In this document: piece by piece, positions 20,078-28,570 of the stretch
Position numbering within the stretch: position 1 is the stretch's first letter
Layout: each line of letters begins with the position of its first letter
Source: Chthoniobacterales bacterium
GTDB lineage: Bacteria; Verrucomicrobiota; Verrucomicrobiia; Chthoniobacterales; UBA10450
Length of the DNA stretch: 64,000 bases
Reading direction: 5' to 3'
NCBI GenBank assembly: GCA_051001855.1
Contig: JBPCMX010000006.1
Location: 35,039 to 99,038, forward strand
The notes under the pieces: generated by a model
What the model was told of the DNA's origin: nothing
Seen by the model: the letters and a program-made list of their open reading frames with translations, nothing else
The model's database searches: none
Program-made: the position numbers and the translations under genes

Positions 20078-20763
20078 GAAGCGACGATCAATTCACCATC
20101 CGCAGCTACCGGCCGTCTGATCGCGAAGCGGTGCGGCGTCTCTGCTGCCAGACGGGTTTCCTCGGCGCACCAATTGATCCGGTGTACGAAGACCGCGAAC
20201 TTTTCGCGGATTTCCTCACGACCTACTACACCGATCACGAACCGGAATCGTCTTTCGTGATCGAACGCGATGGCGAGCTCCACGGTTACCTGCTGGGCTC
20301 GCGCAAGCCACTGCGGAATCAGCTTTATTCGTTCTACCAAAATCTTTGCCTCTCGGGCCGGGCGCTGCTCCGTTACCCGCGCTACCACGCGAAATCGCGC
20401 CGTTTCATCCGTTGGATCGTGATGAACGGCTGGCGCGAAGTGCCTGCGGCGCCCCGCCGCACCCCGCACTTCCACATCAATCTGCTGCCGGAGGCGCGGA
20501 AGATGTCGACCACGCGGGCGCTGCTGAGCGCGTATTTCAGCTATCTGCATCGCTCGGGCGAGAAGCGCGTCTACGGGCAGATCGTTACCTTCGAGAGCCG
20601 GCGTGGGGAGAGAATGTTCGAGCGCTATGGCTTCAAGGTCATGAACCGCGCGGAGATCACGAAGTATCGCTCGTTCTATCCGGAGTCGATTTACCTGAGC
20701 ACGGTGATCAAGAATCTCGAAAGCGCCGCGCCGCTCACGGTGGACGCCCGTTCGCGCGGCTGA
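20074..20763 (+). CDS. GNAT-like acetyltransferase (tentative)
   Basis: The ATG at 20074 overlaps the upstream stop (ATGA). FTIRSYRPSDREAVRRLC ... FVIERDGELHGYLLG ... ERYGFKV resembles the GNAT layout, but the family call is tentative. Confidence 0.55.
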   Translation: MRSDDQFTIRSYRPSDREAVRRLCCQTGFLGAPIDPVYEDRELFADFLTTYYTDHEPESSFVIERDGELHGYLLGSRKPLRNQLYSFYQNLCLSGRALLRYPRYHAKSRRFIRWIVMNGWREVPAAPRRTPHFHINLLPEARKMSTTRALLSAYFSYLHRSGEKRVYGQIVTFESRRGERMFERYGFKVMNRAEITKYRSFYPESIYLSTVIKNLESAAPLTVDARSRG

Positions 20764-20796
20764 GTTTTTTCGCGGGGACGAGCGAAAAAGCTGGCC

Positions 20797-20818
20797 GATA
20801 TGGCTATGTAGCCATATC
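20797..20818. promoter_or_regulatory. perfect 10+10 bp inverted repeat immediately upstream of vapB (candidate autoregulatory operator)
   Basis: GATATGGCTA tg TAGCCATATC at 20797-20818, 8 nt before the vapB ATG and overlapping the GAGG Shine-Dalgarno region. Confidence 0.55.
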
Positions 20819-20825
20819 GTGAGGC

Positions 20826-21083
20826 ATGATGAAGATGACCATGTTTATCGACGAGAAGTTGCTCGCGCGGGTCATGACGTTGACCGGCTTGAAAACGAAA
20901 ACCGAGGCGGTGGAATTCGCCCTCCGGGAGACCGAGCGGCGGGGCAAGATCACGCGGTTCATAGCGACGGAAACGATCGCCGCGGACGAGTGGCGGGAGG
21001 CGATGGATCCGGCCTACGATCTTACGGCCTTGCGCGCGGCGGAGAAGCCTAAGAACTACGGGAGCAAGCGTGGTTCTCGTTGA
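20826..21083 (+). CDS. vapB: type II antitoxin, VapB-like (DUF2191-type)
   Basis: 85 aa, MMKMTMFIDEKLLARVMTLTGLKTKTEAVEFALRE. This is the typical DUF2191 antitoxin N-terminus. It overlaps the PIN gene by 14 nt. Confidence 0.8.
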   Translation: MMKMTMFIDEKLLARVMTLTGLKTKTEAVEFALRETERRGKITRFIATETIAADEWREAMDPAYDLTALRAAEKPKNYGSKRGSR

Positions 21084-21447
21084 TTCGTCGATTTACATTC
21101 AGCTCATCCGCGACGGGAAAGACCCGGTGCAGACGCTGGGAGAAGCTTTCGATCCCACCGAAATCGTCGCCTGTAGCGTGGTGCGTTGCGAAGTGCTGCG
21201 CGGAATGATTCGCCCCAAAGCGAAAGCACATCTCGCGGCGTTCTTCGATCTCCTGATTCACGTGCCGACGGATCACCGCATCTGGGCCGAGACAGAGGAT
21301 CTCGCCTGGCAGCTCGATCGCAAAGGACGCCTTTTGCCGCTCACCGATCTCGTGATTGCCGTCTGTGCCTTGCGGATCGGCGCGGCGGTTCTGACCCTCG
21401 ACCGCCATTTTGAAGCGGTGCCGCGATTGAATCTCGCTTCGTGGTAA
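21070..21447 (+). CDS. vapC: PIN-domain ribonuclease toxin VapC
   Basis: 125 aa, VLVDSSIYIQL (first acidic PIN residue), EVLRG, and TDLVIAVCALRIGAAVLTLDRHF (the C-terminal PIN motif with conserved D). Confidence 0.85.
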   Translation: MVLVDSSIYIQLIRDGKDPVQTLGEAFDPTEIVACSVVRCEVLRGMIRPKAKAHLAAFFDLLIHVPTDHRIWAETEDLAWQLDRKGRLLPLTDLVIAVCALRIGAAVLTLDRHFEAVPRLNLASW

Positions 21448-21495
21448 TCGCCGCGAGAGGGTTTCTTCTCCGCCCGCGAGGTGTAGTTTTGCGCC

Positions 21496-22035
21496 ATGAA
21501 ACAAACACTCCTCGGAACAGTCATGGCAACAGCGGTCGTTCTTGCGCTCGGCGGGTGGAACTCGAGGGCAAGCGCGGCCGATCAACCGACGAAGGCGGTC
21601 GCGGTGCTTGGTTCCGCCTCCGGCAGCAGTGTGGCCGGCACGGTCACGTTCACGCAGGACGGCGACGAGGTGAAGGTGGTTGCCGACATCACTGGCCTGC
21701 AACCGGGCAAGCATGGCTTTCACGTGCACGAGTTTGGCGATTGCTCCGCGCCCGACGCGACTTCCGCGGGCGGGCATTTCAACCCGACGAAAGATCCGCA
21801 TGCGGGGCGCGAGGCGGCCGAGCGGCACGTCGGCGACCTTGGCAATATCGAAGCGGACGCTTCAGGGAAAGCGCACGTGGAGTTCACCGACAAAGTCCTG
21901 AAGCTGAGCGGCGACGGTTCCATCGTCGGACACGCCGTGATCGTGCACCAAAAAGCCGATGACCTGAAAACGCAGCCCACCGGCGATGCGGGTGGTCGGG
22001 TCGCGTGCGGCGTGATCGGCGTAGCCAAGCCGTAG
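21496..22035 (+). CDS. sodC: periplasmic Cu/Zn superoxide dismutase
   Basis: Signal peptide plus GFHVHEFGDCS, GGHFNP, HVGDLGNI and GGRVACGVIG motifs. Confidence 0.93.
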   Translation: MKQTLLGTVMATAVVLALGGWNSRASAADQPTKAVAVLGSASGSSVAGTVTFTQDGDEVKVVADITGLQPGKHGFHVHEFGDCSAPDATSAGGHFNPTKDPHAGREAAERHVGDLGNIEADASGKAHVEFTDKVLKLSGDGSIVGHAVIVHQKADDLKTQPTGDAGGRVACGVIGVAKP

Positions 22036-22068
22036 TGGCGTCCGCTCGTTAGGCGCGGAAGGAAGACG

Positions 22069-23136
22069 ATGGCGGCCATGGAATTGCTCACGCTGAACGA
22101 GGTGCGTCGCCGGACGCAAGCCGGGCCGGCGTCAGCGCGCGTTCATGTGCAGGTGGAGACGGCACTCGCCGAGACGACTCGTGACGGGAAGCCATACTGC
22201 AAGCTAACGCTGGCGGACGCGGCGGATCGCATGATGCTCCGCGTCTGGAACGATCACCAGGATTTCAAGGCGTGCGACTCCCTGCAGGCCGGCGACTTCA
22301 TCGAGGTGACGGGGGAGTTTGCGCAGAGTGCGCAGTTCGGTTTGGAGGTAAAGAATTGGCGGCAACGAAGCCTGCAGCCGAGCGAGATCGCGGGACTGTT
22401 GCAAGGCCCGCCCGAGTTGCGTGCGAAGCAGGCGGCAGATTGGGAATACATGCTCGAGCGGGTGGTGGCGATCGGCGATCCGCGGCTGAGGGCCTTGTGT
22501 GAAGCATTTGTTTCGGAATGGGGCGAACGCTTTCGGCGGACGGCCGGCGCGCGTTCTTATCATCACGCGCGACGGGGGGGCCTGGTGGAACACACTGCCC
22601 AGATGATGCGGCTGGCGCAGCAGATCGCCCCGCTCTACCCGCAGCTGAATCCGGATCTGCTTATGACCGGCGTTCTGTTTCACGATGCCGGGAAGCTATG
22701 GGAAAACCATCTACCCGAGACGGGTTTCACGATGGGATTCGATGAACGGGGCGAGCTATTGGGCCACATTTCGATCGGTTTGGAACTGGTGAATTCGCTC
22801 TGGCGCAAGGTGCAAGCCACGGGCGTGGCGGACGGCTGGAATGAGCTCACGCCCGCCTCGGAGGATGTGCGCCTGCATCTGCTGCACCTGATCGGCGCGC
22901 ACCACGGTGAGCCGCAGTTTGGCTCGCCCGTGAGCCCGAAAACGCCGGAAGCGATGACGTTGAACTACATCGACAATCTCGACGCGCGGATGGAGATGTT
23001 CCGCGGCGGCTATCTCGTGGCGAAGCCAATCGCGGAGCGGATTTACGAGCGGGTGCGCCCTTTGCCGGGAAATCTGGTGAAGCCGCTCGCGCGATTCGTG
23101 ACCCCGAGCGCGGCTGAGGCTGCGCCGCTGCTCTGA
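22069..23136 (+). CDS. OB-fold plus HD-domain protein (YhaM-like 3'-5' exoribonuclease family)
   Basis: N-terminal OB-like region (CKLTLADAADRMMLRVWND...IEVTGEF), then an HD domain (HHARRGGLVEHT ... GVLFHDAGKLWE ... LIGAHHG). Confidence 0.7.
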   Translation: MAAMELLTLNEVRRRTQAGPASARVHVQVETALAETTRDGKPYCKLTLADAADRMMLRVWNDHQDFKACDSLQAGDFIEVTGEFAQSAQFGLEVKNWRQRSLQPSEIAGLLQGPPELRAKQAADWEYMLERVVAIGDPRLRALCEAFVSEWGERFRRTAGARSYHHARRGGLVEHTAQMMRLAQQIAPLYPQLNPDLLMTGVLFHDAGKLWENHLPETGFTMGFDERGELLGHISIGLELVNSLWRKVQATGVADGWNELTPASEDVRLHLLHLIGAHHGEPQFGSPVSPKTPEAMTLNYIDNLDARMEMFRGGYLVAKPIAERIYERVRPLPGNLVKPLARFVTPSAAEAAPLL

Positions 23137-23227
23137 GCGGGCCCGCAGGCCTGGTCTGCTTTCCCTCAATCAATGAGCAGCCGGCAGGCTCCACCGTGCC
23201 CGATCTGCGGCGGCGACCGCATTGCAC

Positions 23228-24109
23228 TCAGCTGGCCAGCCGCTTCTTCGCTTCCGCGAGATATGCCTCGTCGATCTCGAAGCCGATGAACTTCGGCACG
23301 CCACATTCCCGCGCCGCGACGGCTGAGTTCCCGATCCCGAGGAAGGGGTCGAGCATCGTCTGCACGCGTGTGATGCCGTGCAGTTTGATGCAGTTTACCG
23401 CCAGTTGGACGGGAAAGGTGGCGGGGTGCGGCCGCTGTTTGTCGCGGCTTTTGATCGTTTGATACGGCACAAACCAGGTGTTCCCGCGACAGCGGAGGTC
23501 ATTCCCCTCGGTGTGGCCCCAGCGCGCGATGTTGCTCTTGTCCTGATACGGAACGCCCAGCGCGAGTCGGTCAAGCGGCGTGCGCCCGTCGGGGGTGAGA
23601 TGAAAGACGTACTCATGACAATCGTTCAGGTAACGCTTGGAGTTGATCGGCTTAAAGTGGCCGCGCGAGATCCGCCGGCCAGCCTCGTCTTCGGTCGTGA
23701 TGGCTTTGATCCAGTGGATCGTGTTTTGCAGGGTGAAATGCTCTCGCAAGCGCATGACCAACTCGTGCGGCAGCCAGGGGCTAGACGGCGCTCCTGCAAC
23801 ATTCAGAAACAGCGAACCCAGCGGCGTTAGAATTCGGCGAGCCTCTTCCGCCCATTGCATCGTCCAATCAAGGTAAGTGCTCCGACCTTGCCTGTCGGAG
23901 TATTTTCCATACGCGATTCCGAGGTTGTATGGCGGAGAAGTAACGATGAGCTCCACTGACTCGGCCGCGAGGATGGACATTCCGGCGACGCAATCGCCGA
24001 GATGCAACCGAGTATCGCAAACCGACTCCTGGGCACCCTGGATGGCTCGCTCTTGCGCACCAGCGAAGGTGAAGAAGCTCTGTCCGATTGAATCTTTGAT
24101 CCGGACCAT
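23228..24109 (-). CDS. beta-class (motif IV before motif I) DNA N6-adenine or N4-cytosine methyltransferase, no adjacent endonuclease
   Basis: LIVTSPPYN (motif IV) near the N-terminus and VLDPFLGIGNSAVAA (motif I, FxGxG) near the C-terminus. ATG at 24109; alternative TTG at 24130. Confidence 0.85.
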   Translation of the reverse strand: MVRIKDSIGQSFFTFAGAQERAIQGAQESVCDTRLHLGDCVAGMSILAAESVELIVTSPPYNLGIAYGKYSDRQGRSTYLDWTMQWAEEARRILTPLGSLFLNVAGAPSSPWLPHELVMRLREHFTLQNTIHWIKAITTEDEAGRRISRGHFKPINSKRYLNDCHEYVFHLTPDGRTPLDRLALGVPYQDKSNIARWGHTEGNDLRCRGNTWFVPYQTIKSRDKQRPHPATFPVQLAVNCIKLHGITRVQTMLDPFLGIGNSAVAARECGVPKFIGFEIDEAYLAEAKKRLAS

Positions 24110-24362
24110 CCGAATTAAAGTTCGTATCAAAGCGGCTGTTGGCCGTACAGCCCCAAATTAAAGAAAATTAACGTCCTAATTTCGGACCGAGCGTGCGTGA
24201 ACATATGCGCTCCAGGAGGACATCTGGGAGTTCGATCATCCCCGTTTCTTCGTTCAAGAGATATTGCAGCGTAACCTTGGGTCCTGTCCAAGTAGCGCGT
24301 TTTTCTCCTCTTCGTTCAGTGTTACAGTTTCCGTTAAGCAACGGACCTTCCTTTGCGGAGAT

Positions 24363-25175
24363 ATGCAAACAATGTCCGAGACGCCGTTGAAGCTGGTCAT
24401 CGCCGGCCGTGAGTTCACCTCGCGGTTGCTCGTTGGCACCGGCAAGTTCGCCTCGAATGAGCTGATGCGCCACGCGTTGGAGGCGAGCGGGACCGAAATC
24501 GTGACCGTGGCGCTGCGGCGTGCCGATCTTTCCGGGAAACGCGATCCGTTCGCGAACATCCTCGATTTCATCGATCCAAAGCGCTTCCTCCTGTTGCCAA
24601 ATACGAGCGGGGCGCGGAATGCGGCGGAAGCGGTGCGACTGGCGCGGCTCGCGGTGACTGCGGGGTTGCCAAACTGGGTCAAGCTCGAGATCCACCCCGA
24701 CCCGCGCTACCTTCTCCCCGACGGCGTGGAGACGCTGGCCGCCGCGGAGATTCTGGTGCGAGAGGGGTTCGTCGTGCTGCCTTACATCAACGCCGATCCG
24801 GTCCTCGCGAAACGGCTGCAGGATGTCGGCACCGCGACCGTGATGCCGCTCGGTTCTCCAATTGGGAGCAACCGCGGAATAGAGACCCGCGCGCAGGTCG
24901 CGATCATCATCGAGCAGGCGACGGGGCCAGTGGGAGTCGATGCGGGGCTGGGCGCGCCCAGTCAGGCCGCCGAAGCGATGGAGATGGGGGCCGACGCAGT
25001 GCTTGTGAATACCGCGATTGCGATCGCCTCCGATCCAAGCCGCATGGCCCAGGCTTTTCGCAAAGCCGTGGAAGCAGGGCGCGACGCACGCGAGATCGGG
25101 CTGGCGGAGACGCGCGCGACGGCGAGCGCCACCAGTCCGTTAACGGCGTTTTTCACGAGCAGCGGCGAAGCTTAA
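24363..25175 (+). CDS. thiG: thiazole synthase
   Basis: Start trimmed to ATG 24363 ([29 protein letters not shown]...). The [22 protein letters not shown] and [10 protein letters not shown] motifs are typical of ThiG. Confidence 0.92.
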   Translation: MQTMSETPLKLVIAGREFTSRLLVGTGKFASNELMRHALEASGTEIVTVALRRADLSGKRDPFANILDFIDPKRFLLLPNTSGARNAAEAVRLARLAVTAGLPNWVKLEIHPDPRYLLPDGVETLAAAEILVREGFVVLPYINADPVLAKRLQDVGTATVMPLGSPIGSNRGIETRAQVAIIIEQATGPVGVDAGLGAPSQAAEAMEMGADAVLVNTAIAIASDPSRMAQAFRKAVEAGRDAREIGLAETRATASATSPLTAFFTSSGEA

Positions 25176-25417
25176 GCAGCGGCCTCGCCCTCGCTCCGCG
25201 CGAGCCGCGCGAAGGTGTCGTTGTAGAACTGGAACTGTCGGCCACCCAGCCGTCGCACCACGCGCCAGCCGTTTCGCTGCGCCAGGTCTCGCAACTCGCC
25301 CGGCGCCAATGGCTGCAGCGTTCGCACCTCCGCGGGATGCACGATGAAGCATTCCGGCCGGCGCGTTAATTCCGATGCAATCCGCCGCTCGATCGCGGCC
25401 AGCTGGTCAGAGATCAT
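25172..25417 (-). CDS. hypothetical small protein (81 aa)
   Basis: High third-position GC in my codon read. Its ATG lies inside the last codons of the upstream small ORF (an 11-nt overlap). No recognisable family. Confidence 0.45.
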   Translation of the reverse strand: MISDQLAAIERRIASELTRRPECFIVHPAEVRTLQPLAPGELRDLAQRNGWRVVRRLGGRQFQFYNDTFARLARSEGEAAA

Positions 25418-25583
25418 CCACCTCGTCCGTGACGCGGCGCGCCAACGGTTCGTTCTTCTCCAGTTTCCTGCCAGGGATCGTAGGCGGTGTTTTTGCCGGA
25501 CGATTCAACTTTTGCTCCGGCGATTTCTGCGCTTTCTCGCCCGGTGCCGGGCCGCTCGCATCTGGTTCTTCCTGGTCCGGCAT
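25407..25583 (-). CDS. hypothetical small acidic/Pro-rich protein (58 aa)
   Basis: The ATG at 25583 is preceded by GAGGGAG at about 8 nt spacing on the minus strand. Hydrophilic, low-complexity product. No recognisable family. Confidence 0.4.
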   Translation of the reverse strand: MPDQEEPDASGPAPGEKAQKSPEQKLNRPAKTPPTIPGRKLEKNEPLARRVTDEVDDL

Positions 25584-25684
25584 AGTCACAACTCCCTCAC
25601 TATCAGAAACGCACGAGGGGAGCAGGACGGCCTTGCCGGCGCGCCTGAGTTGGCGGTCGGCGGGCCTTGGGCTACGGTCGGCCG

Positions 25685-26920
25685 ATGCCCTCGGAAACTA
25701 TCGAACTGCGTGGCCACATCATCGATTCCCTTATTTTGCCCAAGGTGCTCGATGAAATCCAGACCCGCGGCGCCCAGTTCAAGATCGGCGAGATCCGGAT
25801 CGGCCAGAACCGCGCGGATCAGAGCTACGCGCGGATCGAGTTGTCCGCCGGTTCGGCCGAAGCACTCGGCGAGGTGCTGCTCCGGCTCCGTCAACACGGG
25901 GCGGAAGTCGTGGAGCGGAAAGAGGTGGAACTCGCGGCCGCACCGGCCGACGGCGTCTTCCCGGACGCCTTTTACGTCACGACTAATCAACAGACGTTCC
26001 TCCAGCTCGCGGGCAAGGAGGTGGCAGTGGACTCACCGATGATGGACAGCGCCATCGCGGTGGACCGGGCGAAGGGCACCGCGCGGAGCGTCAAATTTTA
26101 CGACGTTCGCCAGGGGGACGAGGTGGTTGTTGGCCAGCAAGGCATCCGCGTGCAGGCCGCGCAACGTGACACCGGGCCGCGGAGCGTCTTCCAATTCAAT
26201 GCCAACGTCTCCGCGGAAACGCCCAAGACAGCGATCATCCGCGCGCTCGCCGCGGAGTTCCGGCGTATCCGCTCCGAAAACGGAAACATCCTTGTCGTGG
26301 CCGGGCCCTCGGTCGTCCATACCGGTGCCGGCGTCCATCTCGAGAAGCTGATCACGCTCGGCTATGTGCAGCGTCTCTTTACCGGGAACGGACTTGCCGT
26401 CTACGACCTTGAAAGCGCGATCTATGGCACCTCGCTCGGAGTCGATCTGGGCCGCGGCGGCCTCGCCGATGCCGGCCGCGAGAATCACATGCACGCGATC
26501 AATCAAATCCGCGCCGCCGGCAGTATCGCGGCCGCCGTCGAGCAGAAAATCCTGACCCGCGGCATCATGCACGCCTGCGTGCGGCAGGGAGTGGAGATCG
26601 TGCTTTCCGGGTCGATCCGCGATGATGGGCCGATTCCCGGCGTTACGACCGACGCCGTCGAAGCGCAGCGCATCATGCGCGACAAGCTTCGTGATATTTC
26701 GCTGGTGCTGATGATGGGCTCGATGCTGCACTCCATCGCGGTCGTCAACATGCTCCCGGCGACCGTGAAAATCGTCTGTGTCGATATCGATCCCCGCGCG
26801 GTCACACGGCTCACGAGCCACCAGACGTTTCAAGCCGTGGGCATGGTCACGGACCTGGAGCCGTTCCTGCGCGAGTTGACCGAGAGCATCGAGAAGAGCG
26901 ACACCCGTTCGGCAGCCTGA
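25685..26920 (+). CDS. LOR/SDH-like TIGR00300-family protein (ornithine cyclodeaminase-like domain of ArgZ/AgrE)
   Basis: MPSETIELRGHIIDSLILPKVLDEI..., followed by a Rossmann-like C-terminal half. The layout matches the stand-alone LOR/SDH conserved-region family. ATG at 25685 chosen over TTG at 25667. Confidence 0.7.
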   Translation: MPSETIELRGHIIDSLILPKVLDEIQTRGAQFKIGEIRIGQNRADQSYARIELSAGSAEALGEVLLRLRQHGAEVVERKEVELAAAPADGVFPDAFYVTTNQQTFLQLAGKEVAVDSPMMDSAIAVDRAKGTARSVKFYDVRQGDEVVVGQQGIRVQAAQRDTGPRSVFQFNANVSAETPKTAIIRALAAEFRRIRSENGNILVVAGPSVVHTGAGVHLEKLITLGYVQRLFTGNGLAVYDLESAIYGTSLGVDLGRGGLADAGRENHMHAINQIRAAGSIAAAVEQKILTRGIMHACVRQGVEIVLSGSIRDDGPIPGVTTDAVEAQRIMRDKLRDISLVLMMGSMLHSIAVVNMLPATVKIVCVDIDPRAVTRLTSHQTFQAVGMVTDLEPFLRELTESIEKSDTRSAA

Positions 26921-26925
26921 CCCCT

Positions 26926-27738
26926 ATGCACGAGCTGCTCCTTTGTCCGCCGGATCATTACGCGATCGAGTACGAGATCAACCCCTGGATGAGCCGCGAC
27001 CGTGCGGCCGATACGCCGCTGGTGCAGGCGCAGTGGAAAGGGCTTTACGAAAAGCTGAAGACGCTCGACACGCAGGTAAACCTGATCACGCCGCAGCCGA
27101 AGCTGCCAGACATGGTCTTCACCGCGAACGCGGGGCTGACCGTCGGAAAACGTTTCATCCCGAGCAATTTCCGGCACAAGGAACGCTCCGCAGAGGCAAA
27201 ATTCTTCGCCGACTGGATGGAAGCGCGCGGTTATGAAATCGTCTGGTTGCCGCAGGAATTGTACTTCGAGGGGGAAGGGGATGCGCTCTTTGGCGGCGAC
27301 GCCTTGTTCTGCGGCTACAAGTTTCGCACCGACATCCGTTCGCATCGTGCGATCGCGGATTTGCTCGGCTGCCTCGTGATTTCCGTCGAGCTGGTCGATC
27401 CTCGTTTCTATCACATCGATACCTGCTTTTGCCCGCTGCCGGATGGCGCCGGGTTCTGGTTTCCTGGAGCCTTCGACGAATACGGGCAGCGCGCGATCCG
27501 CGACCGCTTGCCGAACCTGATCGATGTGCCCGAGGAGGAGGCGACATTTTTCTGCTGCAACGCTGTCGTTATCGGACAGGACATCGTGCTGCCACAGGGC
27601 CCGGAAAAGCTGATTGGGCAACTGCGCGACCGCGGCTACACCTGTCATCCGCTGCCGATGAGCGAGTTTTTAAAGGCAGGCGGCGCGTGCAAATGCCTCA
27701 CGATGCACATGCCGCAACGCGAGAGTTGCGCTGGCTAG
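26926..27738 (+). CDS. guanidino-group-modifying enzyme (amidinotransferase / DDAH / arginine dihydrolase superfamily)
   Basis: LLCPPDHYAIEYEINPWM ... FTANAG ... FYHIDTCFCPL ... and C-terminal GGACKCLT (catalytic Cys context) are the hallmark motifs of this superfamily. Confidence 0.8.
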   Translation: MHELLLCPPDHYAIEYEINPWMSRDRAADTPLVQAQWKGLYEKLKTLDTQVNLITPQPKLPDMVFTANAGLTVGKRFIPSNFRHKERSAEAKFFADWMEARGYEIVWLPQELYFEGEGDALFGGDALFCGYKFRTDIRSHRAIADLLGCLVISVELVDPRFYHIDTCFCPLPDGAGFWFPGAFDEYGQRAIRDRLPNLIDVPEEEATFFCCNAVVIGQDIVLPQGPEKLIGQLRDRGYTCHPLPMSEFLKAGGACKCLTMHMPQRESCAG

Positions 27739-27780
27739 AAGCCCAACCGCAACGTCGCCTCCTGCGCGGCTTAAACGCAC

Positions 27781-28539
27781 ATGCTCAACGGTCAACGAAT
27801 CGTCGTGGTTATGCCGGCCTACAACGCCGCGCGCACCCTGCGCCGGACCTACGACGAGGTGCTCGCGCAAAACATCGTTGATCTCGTGATCGTCGTCGAC
27901 GATGCGAGCCACGACGAGACGGTGGCGATCGCCCGCACCTTGGAGCGGGTCCAACTGGAGGTGCACCCGCTGAACCGCGGCTACGGCGGAAACCAGAAGA
28001 CCTGCTACCGTCTGGCGCTCGCCGCCGGAGCCGACATCGTGGTCATGATCCACCCGGATTATCAATACACGCCGCGCCTGCTACCGGCGATGGCGGGGAT
28101 GGTAGCGAGCGGGTTATATCCGTGCGTGCTCGGCTCGCGGATTCTCGGCGGCGGCGCGTTGCGCGGCGGGATGCCGGTGTGGAAGTACGTAGCGAACCGC
28201 TTTCTCACCCTGACGGAGAACGTTTTATTCGGCGCAAAGCTGTCCGAATATCACACCGGCTATCGCGCCTTTGCCGGTAGTTTGCTCGAGCGCCTGCCGC
28301 TCGAGCAAAACTCCGACGACTTCGTCTTCGACAACGAGATGCTCGCGCAAATTCTCTGGCTCCGGGAGCCGATCGGCGAAGTCACCTGTCCGGCGAAATA
28401 CGAGCCGGACGCCTCCTCGATCAACTTCCGCCGAAGCGTGCGTTACGGCTTCGGCTGCCTCGCGACCGCGGTGCGTTTCCGGTTCGCGCGCTGGGGCGTC
28501 TGCGAGCCTTTCGCGAACGCCAGAAAGGGAGAAATGTGA
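27781..28539 (+). CDS. family 2 glycosyltransferase
   Basis: IVVVMPAYNAARTL ... VIVVDDASHDETV ... NRGYGGNQKTCY ... MIHPDYQY. Confidence 0.85.
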   Translation: MLNGQRIVVVMPAYNAARTLRRTYDEVLAQNIVDLVIVVDDASHDETVAIARTLERVQLEVHPLNRGYGGNQKTCYRLALAAGADIVVMIHPDYQYTPRLLPAMAGMVASGLYPCVLGSRILGGGALRGGMPVWKYVANRFLTLTENVLFGAKLSEYHTGYRAFAGSLLERLPLEQNSDDFVFDNEMLAQILWLREPIGEVTCPAKYEPDASSINFRRSVRYGFGCLATAVRFRFARWGVCEPFANARKGEM

Positions 28540-28570
28540 GCGCGGGGTTAGCCGGGTCGGCGACCTCAGA

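Noticed and set aside
24131-24362. Possible TPP riboswitch upstream of thiG
   Set aside because: I looked for the conserved CUGAGA and ACCUGAUCUGGAUAAUGCCAGCG elements on the plus strand. I found only a loose resemblance (AACCTTGGGTCCTGTCCAAGTAGCG) and no UGAGA box. That is not enough to call; a covariance-model scan would settle it.
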